Shown in pieces: positions 54,366-64,000 of a stretch of 64,000 bases of DNA. The translations under genes and the position numbers were made by a program. Source of the stretch: Nitrospirales bacterium (GTDB taxonomy: Bacteria > Nitrospirota > Nitrospiria > Nitrospirales > UBA8639). Every line of letters begins with the position of its first letter. Position 1 is the stretch's first letter. The notes beneath the pieces are model-generated. The model saw only the letters and a list, made by a program, of their open reading frames with translations. It was not told where the DNA came from and ran no database searches. The stretch covers positions 352,001-416,000 of the forward strand of contig CBDBCZ010000015.1 in the NCBI GenBank assembly GCA_965203295.1, given 5' to 3'.

Positions 54366-55137
54366 AAATTACAACCTATCTGCATTATATCAGCTGCAGT
54401 TGACGTGCCATTCTTGTGATATGTACAAACCTGTGAAACAGTGTATCCCTTGCGGAAAGTACTGAAAGAAACAGAGCTACTCTTTCGAGTAGACCTAAAG
54501 GTAGAGCTGGCTTTACTGCTTGGGTACTGTGCCACACCTGAGAGAAGAGAGAGCAGGAATATTAAGCATGGACAAACCTGTCAGATCTGACGATAAAGGA
54601 CCAGGCATAAAAGGTACCCCTCTTGTTGTCTAGATGTTTTCACTCAAGAGTTCTACCATGATTTTGTTCATGGCTAGGAATGATGATGACTCCTTGTATT
54701 TACTATGTAAGGTACATGTAGGTGGTACCACATCATTGAACACATTAATTACAACTGCTTGCTAAACCTTAGTCATCAATGTTTATAGGGGTGAGGATTT
54801 TACGAAACTAGATTGCACCATTGCATATCTTCAGTTTGAACACATACAAAACCCACCTTTTCACTTAGAACATGAAACTGGAAAATGCAAAATGTTGTAA
54901 TTCGAAGTTCACGAGGAAGCCTTAGGAATTATAAAACCTTCTGTGACTTCTTGAAGGCAGAGGTTAAGTGAATCTATTGGCAAAGTAAAGATTAACAGCT
55001 ACGTAGCTTGGCCTAAGCTGAGTCGTGTGTATTATATGGGAAAGGTGTCCGGCTGGTTTTTTAGGCATGAAATGTCAGACTTGTTTTTCTAAATAATAGG
55101 AATAGGGTAGCCATACAGTACAGAGTAAAAATTTAAC

Positions 55138-55170
55138 CATGGATAATATAGACACGTAAACGTGTCTATG
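55138..55170. mobile_element. 33-bp CAT...ATG micro-MITE with 7-bp TSD
   Basis: ATTTAAC|CATGGATAATATAGACACGTAAACGTGTCTATG|ATTTAAC. Confidence 0.7.
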
Positions 55171-55780
55171 ATTTAACTCCCAAGTATAGAGAAATAGTGA
55201 CTCTAAAGTATTTTTGATCTCACTTAACATGTGAAGCTTATGTGTCGTGTGACATAGTTAATCGCAAGCGGCATGAAACTGCCACCACGAACTGTCTGAC
55301 AACGACAATATGGCCATGCATTCACAGATTTGTAGCGACCCAGTTCATTAAAGCCTATGAGCAAGTTCAGTATACACGCTATCTACGTACATGCAGCACC
55401 AAATTTTGCAGGTCTATGAATTACGTAGTTCAATACCACAGATGTTTTGAGAGAACAATTAAAGATTGTGCCATAATTTTAATTTACATGTGTAATACTA
55501 TTTACGTAAACATATCAATATTATACTCTTATTGTGCGTGAATTTAATAACAGGGAGTGTCCAATCAGCCATTAATTGACTGGTCTCCCTGGAAGTTCTG
55601 CATGGAATTCAACAATACCCAATAAGATACTATGGCACTGATTCTGTGGTCCCTACTAATAAGGAGTTCATAATTTTACGGTAATACCACACTCACCTCC
55701 ATACTCTCCAAGTTCCTGTGTCCTTCCGCTCTTTTGATCTTTCAGTGATGGGGATGCAGCTAGCCTAGAGTTCTGAGATG

Positions 55781-55810
55781 TAGTCGCGCGGGCCAGACTT
55801 TGCGAGACTA
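55781..55810. mobile_element. 30-bp TAG...CTA micro-element
   Basis: TCTGAGATG|TAGTCGCGC...GCGAGACTA|CTTGAGATG (7/9 TSD match). Confidence 0.6.
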
Positions 55811-56264
55811 CTTGAGATGGGGCAATGTGCGCTACAGCCATGCATATAGCTGCGGGGCCCCGAGATCTAGATCGGGGTCTAGAAATCAAGTGCCACGTGC
55901 GGATCCACGGTTCGGAAATTGCTAGCGAATCCATGCTGCTGCGAGAGTACAACTCCAGCTAGCACGTGGTGTCGACCTCAACGCGAGATATCACCATGAT
56001 TTGCAGGCTTTGTTCTGACACCGTGCCCTGGGGGTGCTATAGTCACACTGCATGCTGGCAGTTAAAAGGAAGCCTTGTCTTCGATGCGCTGAAAACGGAG
56101 CAAGGTACGTATGAGCATGCTCTATAATTTATCTATTGGTACACTACGCAATAAGATAAGAATGCAAAATAGGTTACGCACAGCCATTGCCTATTCGCTG
56201 TACTTGTACAGGCATCTTGCAACATGCACTTGCAAGGCCTCTAGACCACACGTGTTCAGGTATT

Positions 56265-56675
56265 GGGTTATTCCATTTTATACCCGTACACCCCCTATGG
56301 ATGACAAAATTTCACAAAGTGGTTTTGTCCAGGGTACCAATGAGACATTTGTCCGGGGGTTCTTTTTGAATATTGGGATGTGTCCAGGGGTCAAAATCGC
56401 CATGTCCAGGGGGTGCTATACAGAAAAAAAGTGTGTCTAGGGGGTTCAGCGAATAGTAACACCATTTCATTCTTCTTGTCCAGGGGTTCACTGTGAAATC
56501 CAAGTTGTCCAGGGGTAAGAAATTATTATGTCCAGGGGTAACATCAAAAACCATACGCGTCCAGAGGTCAAAATCTCAGTATCCGGGGGCAAAATTATAG
56601 AAAAATCTTGTCCAGGGGACAAAAGGCGAAAGTTGTCATCCATAGGTGGTGTACAGTTATAAAATGGAATAGCCC
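56265..56675. mobile_element. MITE (411 bp) with ~40-bp TIRs and 3-bp ATT TSD, Harbinger-like
   Basis: ATT|GGGTTATTCCATTTTATA...CCTATGGATGACAA / TTGTCATCCATAGG...TATAAAATGGAATAGCCC|ATT, with internal TGTCCAGGGG repeats. Confidence 0.8.
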
Positions 56676-57400
56676 ATTCAGCAAACAACATAATGAATGT
56701 GATTAAGCTTATCATAATTGCTGTAGCGTATGCAATCATAGAGCTAGCTAGTCAAAAGGTGTACATCCATATCTCATTTTTATGATGAGAGTAGAGTAGA
56801 AGAGCTAACCTTCCTTCTACTTTATTCTCCATAGAATGATCACTGCATCGATTCGCTCAGAGCGTCTGGCCAGAGGGGGGAGGGGGAGGCTGGCAACAAG
56901 GCTAGTACGGTAAGCTAACTGCTCATAATTATTATAGCACAGAGTGTGAAAGATGTTTCTGGGAGCAAATTTTTAATAGTTTATAACCACTAAAGTAAGG
57001 TAGTCTCACTCCACTAAAGTAAGGTAGTCTCACTCAAGAAATTCGCTAGCTTATTGAAAGGAAAGTGCTTGGATTACAGTACCACAATGCCCTTTTTCAC
57101 CAAATTTTTTGTGAGTTATGCCTTCATTCAGACCAGTGCAACATCATGTCTCGAGTAAGACACTCTGGCTTTACTTTTATTGTGAAATATGCTGTATGGT
57201 GGACTAGATTATTCCAGCGATTAAACTTAATCCCCGTTTCTTGTTTGTGTCCCAACTGAATGGAGGAAGTCATGTTTGCACTGCAGCATCGGGGGGCTCA
57301 CTCCCCAAATGCAGGAATTCATGTTTTTCTATTGCAAGCGCCAAATTCTGGGGGAGGTCTGGGATTGAGTACGCACTGCTGTATATTTTATGTGTGTGTG

Positions 57401-57483
57401 TAGCCTTGTTCCCAGTCTCCACTCTCCAGCTTTTTTGCACACTGGAAAAAGTTAGTGAGGAGTGGAGACTGGGAACATGGCTA
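57401..57483. mobile_element. TAG...CTA-family hairpin MITE
   Basis: TAGCCTTGTTCCCAGTCTCCACTC / GAGTGGAGACTGGGAACATGGCTA. Confidence 0.75.
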
Positions 57484-57620
57484 CATAGTGTGTGTGCTAA
57501 AAGTACATCCCACCATGAGACAATTTAAGACTTCCTTAATGCTGCAGTGTTACCATGTTATGACTGATTAGATGCATGTTGTGATCGTCACATTAGATGC
57601 AAATCCAGACTTGATATTAA

Positions 57621-58207
57621 CCCTTTGGCTTCCTAGATTTGTGAATATTATTTTAGTCTGTGAGCTTACTTCCAGTAATCTGAATTATTACTGTCTCCTG
57701 CTAGGCCCTACTGCACTGTAGAATGCCCTGAGGGAAATCCCCTGAGGCGCTAGGAACGATGCGTTGCCATGGAAACACGTGTTAGGTTACGTGACTTGTA
57801 AAAGCGATGTAAACTTGTGATTTTCAGGCTGAGCACAGTAGTTAGCTAAAGCACGGAGTATGATGACTGATAGGCAGTAGCTACAGTATAGAATAGGCTC
57901 TGGAGATGCACAGACGGGTCACAGACACAGAGAACCTACAGAAACTGAGAAGACCAGAAGGAAGCACCGACCAGACAAGTTGCAGCGCGGACTAGCGCAT
58001 TAGCGCACGAGAGCGACATTTTTGTGGTTGTTATATCCGTACAGGAAGCTATGAATATTTATAAAATATATATCAGTACAGAGGTCAATACATGCGCAAA
58101 GTAAACAGGATATAATCGTTGTGGTTGCTGCGTACTACGCGGCACTACGTGGCTGATAAGACCAGGCATTTTAAGAGCGCCATTTGGCGCTCTCGGAAGC
58201 CAAAGGG
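57621..58207. mobile_element. piggyBac-like MITE (587 bp)
   Basis: TTAA|CCCTTTGGCTTCC ... GGAAGCCAAAGGG|TTAA. Confidence 0.85.
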
Positions 58208-58879
58208 TTAATTAATGCATGCCTAGCTTGGCGCTGAGAGCGAAAATAGCCTGTTTCCCAAGCCATGTATTGTTTTTGACTGCCTGGCAACACGGCTAGA
58301 AGGGGGAACCCGGTTGTACGTGGGTGGGCTCCAGGATCCAAATGAGTACTACTTAAACACGCATTACTAACCATGCGTAAGGTTTTAGTTCTTATGACTG
58401 ATTAGATGCATGTTGTTGCATGCTGTAGCAGCTTCCAAAGTGGGTGCGGTTTGTGATTCCTCTCTATAGCTCGATCTAGCTCTCCACGTGTCTCTGCGCG
58501 ATGCCTCCCTGTGCATGCATATGTCTAGTAGAGCCATTGGGTGAGGACCTTTGCGCAGTATTACTATGTAGTCTTGTTAGACAAGCTCAGTCCGGTAACC
58601 AATAATGTGCATAGGGCCTGCATGAATATTCTCATGAATATTCGTATTATGTACCACAATACTGTTGTAACTCATCATACCAGCAGGGTTGAAAGTTTAA
58701 GTGCTGGGAATATAGCTACAAGGGAACAAGTTTTATGTTTCCATGCGCATAAACATAACAGCACATGTTCTCTTTTGCCTCCATTATACAATGTTAGAAC
58801 TGCCCTGAAAGCTAGGATAGTTAATGGTCAATTACTTATACTATGTTTCAGGGACTATTATGTTTAATTATTGTACACT

Positions 58880-60076
58880 TTCAGGGAAAGTCCATTAATA
58901 GCCAACACAAGGGTAAAAATGATAACAGGCAGTGTAAGTTATGTGGGGAAGAATGTGAGAGTGTAGTACATGTGCTCTGGCAGTGTCCTGTGTATGATAC
59001 CATTAGAAATCTTTTGAGGGGGGGGGGGGGAGGAGCTCTGAAGAGTTTAGTACGCTCAATAATTTTAAGAAAACAGCCTCTGTTTTTAGGGTGTGAGATT
59101 TGGGACCTCTCATTTCAAAGAATACATTATGGTTGGACCAGGCAGCATGACAGCTGAGAGCTGACAGCCAGCAAATTGTTGATAGTGCCCAACTTGTACC
59201 GCAAAACAAGTCAACTGTACACCACAAAACTAGCTACTTGTACATAAAATAGGCTGGGATGGGCCAAACAAGGAGTAATGTGGGCACAACATATTTAGGA
59301 CACATGGCCAGTGTGCGCAGGGGAAAAAACACTATCACTTAAAAAACCTCAACATGTGAGGAAAAACAGTGAGGTGAAAAAACCAAAGTAAACAAAACCT
59401 CCCAGCAACACACAGCAACACACACACAAAATGAATGCACAATTGTCCACTCCATACGGTCTCTGGACATGCACTTGGCTTCTAGAACCGTCTCTGCACT
59501 GGTGTCAACTCCATACAGCCTCCGTAGGTGCGCTCAGCATACAGAAGTCTTGCCACCAGCTCAAGACGGCTGTCAAACTCCATATGGTCTCAGTAAATGG
59601 AGGTCAGGCTTTCACAGCCCGATGTACCTCAGCAGGGAAAAAAAAACACTCCACATGACTACTGTATTATATATACTCCCACCACAATCCTTCACTTCAC
59701 TGCTGCTGCTGCCGAGAGATGCTCCAAGCAGCCCCAGCATAAGCTTATATACCCACAGCCCAGCCTAGTAGCAACCAGTTGGAATTTTCCGCCACACTGG
59801 CGGTTGCTTAGCTCTAGCTAACTGCGCATGCAACAATGAGAGCGCATTTTCCATTTAATTCACTGCGCTCAAACAACAGAAAATATACAGGTATAATTTT
59901 AAGGCTTATTTAAGACTAGTTAAGATGTATTATTAATCTGGATACTAAGAAGATATAGTGATCAGGATGTTGTAACATCTGATTGCTCTTCCTCTTGTCT
60001 TCTGACTGGAGATGTTACAAGCGCTGCCTGTGTATGTGGGTGTGTGGTCAATGACATAAGTGCTACGGCAGCGACA
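58880..60076 (+). mobile_element. LINE 3' end (C-terminal zinc knuckle), interrupted by ~770 bp of other sequence (~59117-59886)
   Basis: CKLCGEECESVVHVLWQCPVYDTIR. The two flanks join to match 30225-30440. Confidence 0.7.
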
Positions 60077-60250
60077 TTAGAATATTATACATACATGTAG
60101 TTATCCTACGTTTTAGGGCGTTCAAACATTGTGCACAACCCAGATAATTCATCTTGCAGTTATCAGTTGGGTGAAAATTCCTACTCTTAATACCTTCCAC
60201 CTCCCTACATTATATTGCTGTTCTGAACTTTGTTTTGCCTTTACCCTCAG

Positions 60251-60489
60251 CTCAGCGTGGTTCTGATGACAGTACAACTGTGGTAGCAGTGGTTGTGCCA
60301 TTGTCTATCATCCTTGTTGCCCTCTTGGTTGTCGCAGTCTTCGGAGTAGTGTTCGTTGCTGTCAAACATGGAGGCACAAAGTCCTCAGTGTATGAGCTGA
60401 ATGGTGAATTGCAAGAAAAGAAAGCTCATCCAGAAAGTATAATTGAAGATTATTGCCTCCCAGAAAATGAACCATCAATGGAGGTTCAG
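60251..60489 (+). CDS. Exon encoding a single-pass transmembrane helix and cytoplasmic tail of a receptor-like protein
   Basis: Polypyrimidine-CAG acceptor (phase 1) and GT donor. Open frame TTVVAVVVPLSIILVALLVVAVFGVVFVAV-KH followed by a Tyr-containing tail. Other exons not identified. Confidence 0.6.
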
Positions 60490-62599
60490 GTATAAGTTTA
60501 GCATGCACATTTTTGCTGTTTTCACTCACACCTTAACAGTCACCACTACGTCTTGATATCAAATATGTGACTATTTTTGGTATGCCTGCTGGTAATATTA
60601 AATCAGTTTTCAATTTTCAAGTGGGTGAGACTTCCAGTATGGAATATGACTTGTCATTCTGTTGATTGTGGTGAACCTCACACAAGTATCATCAATGAGA
60701 TAGCACAGGCTATAGAGGAAAGCCAATAAAGTCCAAGTACTAATACACAAGTTAGGCATAATAAAGAGCAAAACCTACAAGTAGTTGACTCTCTTCTCTT
60801 GCACAACTACCTGGGCTACATGTAGTTGAACTTGCTCGCTTCGCTTGCTCTATACAGATAGAAATGAAGTGCAGTAGAAATGGAGTTTGTGGTCGGCAAG
60901 GCCTACTCTGAATATTCTGTTCAAAACTCACTGAAAATTGCCCTATTACTACTGCACTATTCTTGATGCTTCTTCGTGCCTATTGTTATAGATGGTTAGA
61001 TAGATAGGTATCCAGGAATGTCCCATCAGCTTAAGCTGGTCTGCGTGGGCGTCCTGAACAAACAGTAACTGTAATACATCAACAAACACATCAACATAAA
61101 TCACAAGACTGAGTAGGGAGTTCATCCGATGCCATTCTGACCCTGGTTCTAGACCGGGAGGGTATTGGTGACCACAATAATCTTGGCCTAAGCCTATAGT
61201 GGAACTCTATAATAAGCAGTCACCCTTCAACCATGGCTGTGATAGAAGAGGTGGTTGTGTTCACTGTATTATGAGGTCCATTGTGCATTACCAATATGTA
61301 GGTTGGGCCACATAATATTATAGTGGCCATTATTGGGAGGTGGCTGCCACATAGAGTGAACCTATTACAAACACAATGGAACATACAATGAATTAAATTA
61401 AGTACGCACACTCACGTAGTATCAGAATGTCTAGATGTACATGCATTAAACAGGCAGATGAAGTGATCGATATGTAGCGCAGTCATTCTGACTTTGGAAC
61501 ACAAAAAAATAATTCAGTTCTGCCAAAAGTCTCTTACATTCTGCAATATAGTTCACTGGCTGTGAGAGGGCAACAGCTCTCAGCTGGATCCTGGGAAGGG
61601 CCAGGATGTGGTACTCCACAGTAGCCCCAAGCCTGACCATGTGCGACTTCTGCCCTGCATGGGGAAACCAAAAGAAATTTGCAGCTGTTCTTGATCTCCA
61701 TTCATTCAGAGCCTCTTAGCCCAGAATCAAAGGTCAAAACTGCCGTACACTGGCTTTGTGTACAACAGGCAGTCCCAGCGGATGTGGTGGACTATTGTGA
61801 AATAATTTAACATGATTGAACACGTCTATAAATAGGAGGAGGGGCTATGCTCACCTACACCTCTGGTTGGGGTGGGATCGGCGTTTGCAGCTGAATAGAC
61901 ACGGGACTTGCTCTCATCATGAACCTCAGATCAAGTGGACACTTGTACTCTCTGAAACAGACTGTCCACTTTTTGCAGAAACCTATCTCCCTGCTCAGGA
62001 GATTGGCGGGTTCCTCCTGGGTGTGATGAGCTTCTGAATGAATGGTGTGCAGCTGTGAGTGGACTTCTGCAGCAGATATAATTGAGGACAAATACAACTG
62101 AGTGTAATCATGAACAGGGTTCTACTATTACAGCCACAAAAGAATATAATTATAGCAGCAAGGAGGGAATTTTGAAAAGAGAAAGAACTGTGAGATTAAG
62201 GGAACAATCACCATATTAATGAGAATGAGTAAGGTTGCAGTTTTTGGAGGTGAGAGTTACATGTGCTCAAGTGGGTTTCTGCAGAAATATTTTATTCCCT
62301 CAGCTAAATATCAAACAGCAACTGGTATATTAAAGAGACAAAAAATGCTTAATAAAAGTTACTTTTCAAAAGCGAAAAAAAAAGAAATTAGCAAAAACAA
62401 ACTTGGCGTTCATTTTTAGTGAGCGTTTTTTAAAAATAAAAAAAAACGAAAATTTTTCAAAAAAAAGAGAAAAAGTTTCACCCGAAGGGCCAGGATGTGG
62501 AAGCTCAAGCGGCTAACGAACAAGAACTGACCCCAATGGATCCACTCCGCAGCGTGTACAGGTTTATACTGGAATTAAGGGAGGTAGGGGGCGGTCCCT

Positions 62600-62930
62600 A
62601 AGCCATAATGCCCCAAACCTTCAGTGCACGAGCCGAGATTCGAACTCGCGATCACTGTCTCCAGATACTGCGCCACTGCTCCCAGCACCACGGGGGGTGT
62701 TGGTGACAGTAGATGAACATTTCTCTCTTTTATATCAGTACTATTCCTATAGACATTCGGAAAAGAAAAAAAGGAAAATTAAAGTTCCCGGGCGGATTCG
62801 AACCCGCGACCTTTTCATTGAAAGGCGAAACGATTGCCGCTAAGCCACGCCTGCTTCTGGAAATTTGATTGAAAATTTTCCCGTTAAATAAGGGGTATGG
62901 CAATAGACGCGAACAGGTCGAAGTTTCATA
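62600..62930 (-). repeat. tRNA-derived repeat, copy 2, with two tandem Pol III A/B-box modules
   Basis: Minus strand: GTGGCTTAGCGG...GGGTTCGAATCC (62854-62785) and GTGGCGCAGT...GAGTTCGAATCTC (~62680-62634). Acceptor stems do not pair. Confidence 0.7.
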
Positions 62931-63254
62931 TCATTGCTAGGTCTTTAAGTATTAGTTAGACCAAGCAACAAGGTTACTACAATGTTTTGAGCACCCAAGG
63001 GACTAATTGGCTGAAGCACAACCTACTTATTGACCGAGGCGGAGCTGTCGCTGACGCGAATGTTGAGAAATTGCTAGCTGACGCTTAAAGCTCGTTTTGC
63101 ACTACTGCTGTAAGCCAAGTTGGCATAGTAACATACTAACATCCACATCTGCTAGTACCTATGGTTCACCAAAGTCTGAGAAAGCTGTGAATTAGGGTGC
63201 CGTTTGTGTCAAAATCAATTTTTTGAGATACTTTGACTAGAAAATATATGGCAT

Positions 63255-63480
63255 TTACTATTAATACCCATGGTTATTTAGTAATACTCATGGTTACTTA
63301 GTAAATACCCATGGTTACTTAGTAAATACCCATGGTTACTTAGTAAATACCCAGGGTTATTACCTGGCATTTGCTAAATACCCATGGTAATTTACTAAAT
63401 ACGTAATTGCTAAATACCATGATCATTTACCATGATCATTTACCATGATCATTTACCCATGGTCATTTGCTAAATACCCG
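63255..63480 (+). repeat. Minisatellite of ~21-bp AAATACCCATGGTTACTTAGT units plus 13-bp TTTACCATGATCA units
   Basis: Direct reading of tandem units. Confidence 0.9.
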
Positions 63481-63492
63481 ACATTTGCTGAA

Positions 63493-63532
63493 TAGTCTCA
63501 TTCCCAGCCCTGTAGGGCTGGGAACGAGACTA
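63493..63532. mobile_element. TAG...CTA-family mini hairpin
   Basis: TAGTCTCATTCCCAGCCCT-GT-AGGGCTGGGAACGAGACTA. Confidence 0.7.
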
Positions 63533-64000
63533 ATCAGATGAGCAGCACTGGAAATGCTCTCCCGAGATCGACTGTGTGACGGATTCTGATGGGTACTCAT
63601 CTTAGCGATGGCCTTATGGACAACTAATTCGCTGCCTATAGCCCGTACCCATACCCCAGGCGTAGAGTCGCGGAACGAGAGCACGATGATCTGGAATCAG
63701 GATTCAGATTCAGAATAGACTATTATCTATGCTCTGAGTTTCTAAAACCTTGTAGTGACGAGCTCGCATCCGGTCTCTAAATTGTGAAGCAGGTTTGCAT
63801 GTAGTGTGTTGTGCCAAAGTTGCACTACAGTACAGCTTTGCCTCGAAGGTCATTTACTGACTGTCAGTGCTCACATTGTGGTATTTTAGTCAAACTATCT
63901 ACATACGTGTATTACAATAAGTAACATATTTGCCTGGACTGTGCACTTACATATATTAGCAACGTATGTAGAGCGCTTTTATGTAGTGGATCCCTTTTTA

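Noticed and set aside
56987..57034. 24-bp tandem duplication (similar ones at ~2842 and ~49926)
   Set aside because: Ordinary slippage-type duplications.
61446..62097. Minus-strand ORF fragments, possibly transposon-derived
   Set aside because: No motif recognised with confidence.
62785..62854. Functional tRNA gene
   Set aside because: A and B boxes are present but the acceptor and anticodon stems do not pair.

Overview
This is eukaryotic, intron-containing animal DNA of moderate AT-richness. The repeat vocabulary and short introns suggest a sponge-like invertebrate, but that is inference. I found no intact full-length gene, rRNA, functional tRNA or CRISPR array. About 11.5-55 kb is a patchwork of 2-3 diverged copies of the same modules, joined in different orders and orientations. 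The modules carry broken host-gene pieces (RCL1 exons, kinesin motor/neck/coiled-coil exons, unidentified exons), LINE relics and a Helentron/Helitron-like non-autonomous element. Because paralogous copies lie in the same window, several insertions can be checked against their own empty sites: a ~1.1 kb foldback element (TA duplication), a 116-bp zero-spacer perfect palindrome (9-bp duplication), and a TTAA-flanked element carrying Ginger-like integrase/Ulp1/PHD cargo inserted into a tRNA-derived repeat. A KDZ/Dada-like transposase remnant with a ~59-bp subterminal array starts right after a tRNA-like A box. Recurrent 200-300 bp in-place inversions and microhomology junctions suggest a locally active scrambling process. 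All alignments were done by eye, so block boundaries are approximate unless a target-site duplication (TSD) fixes them.
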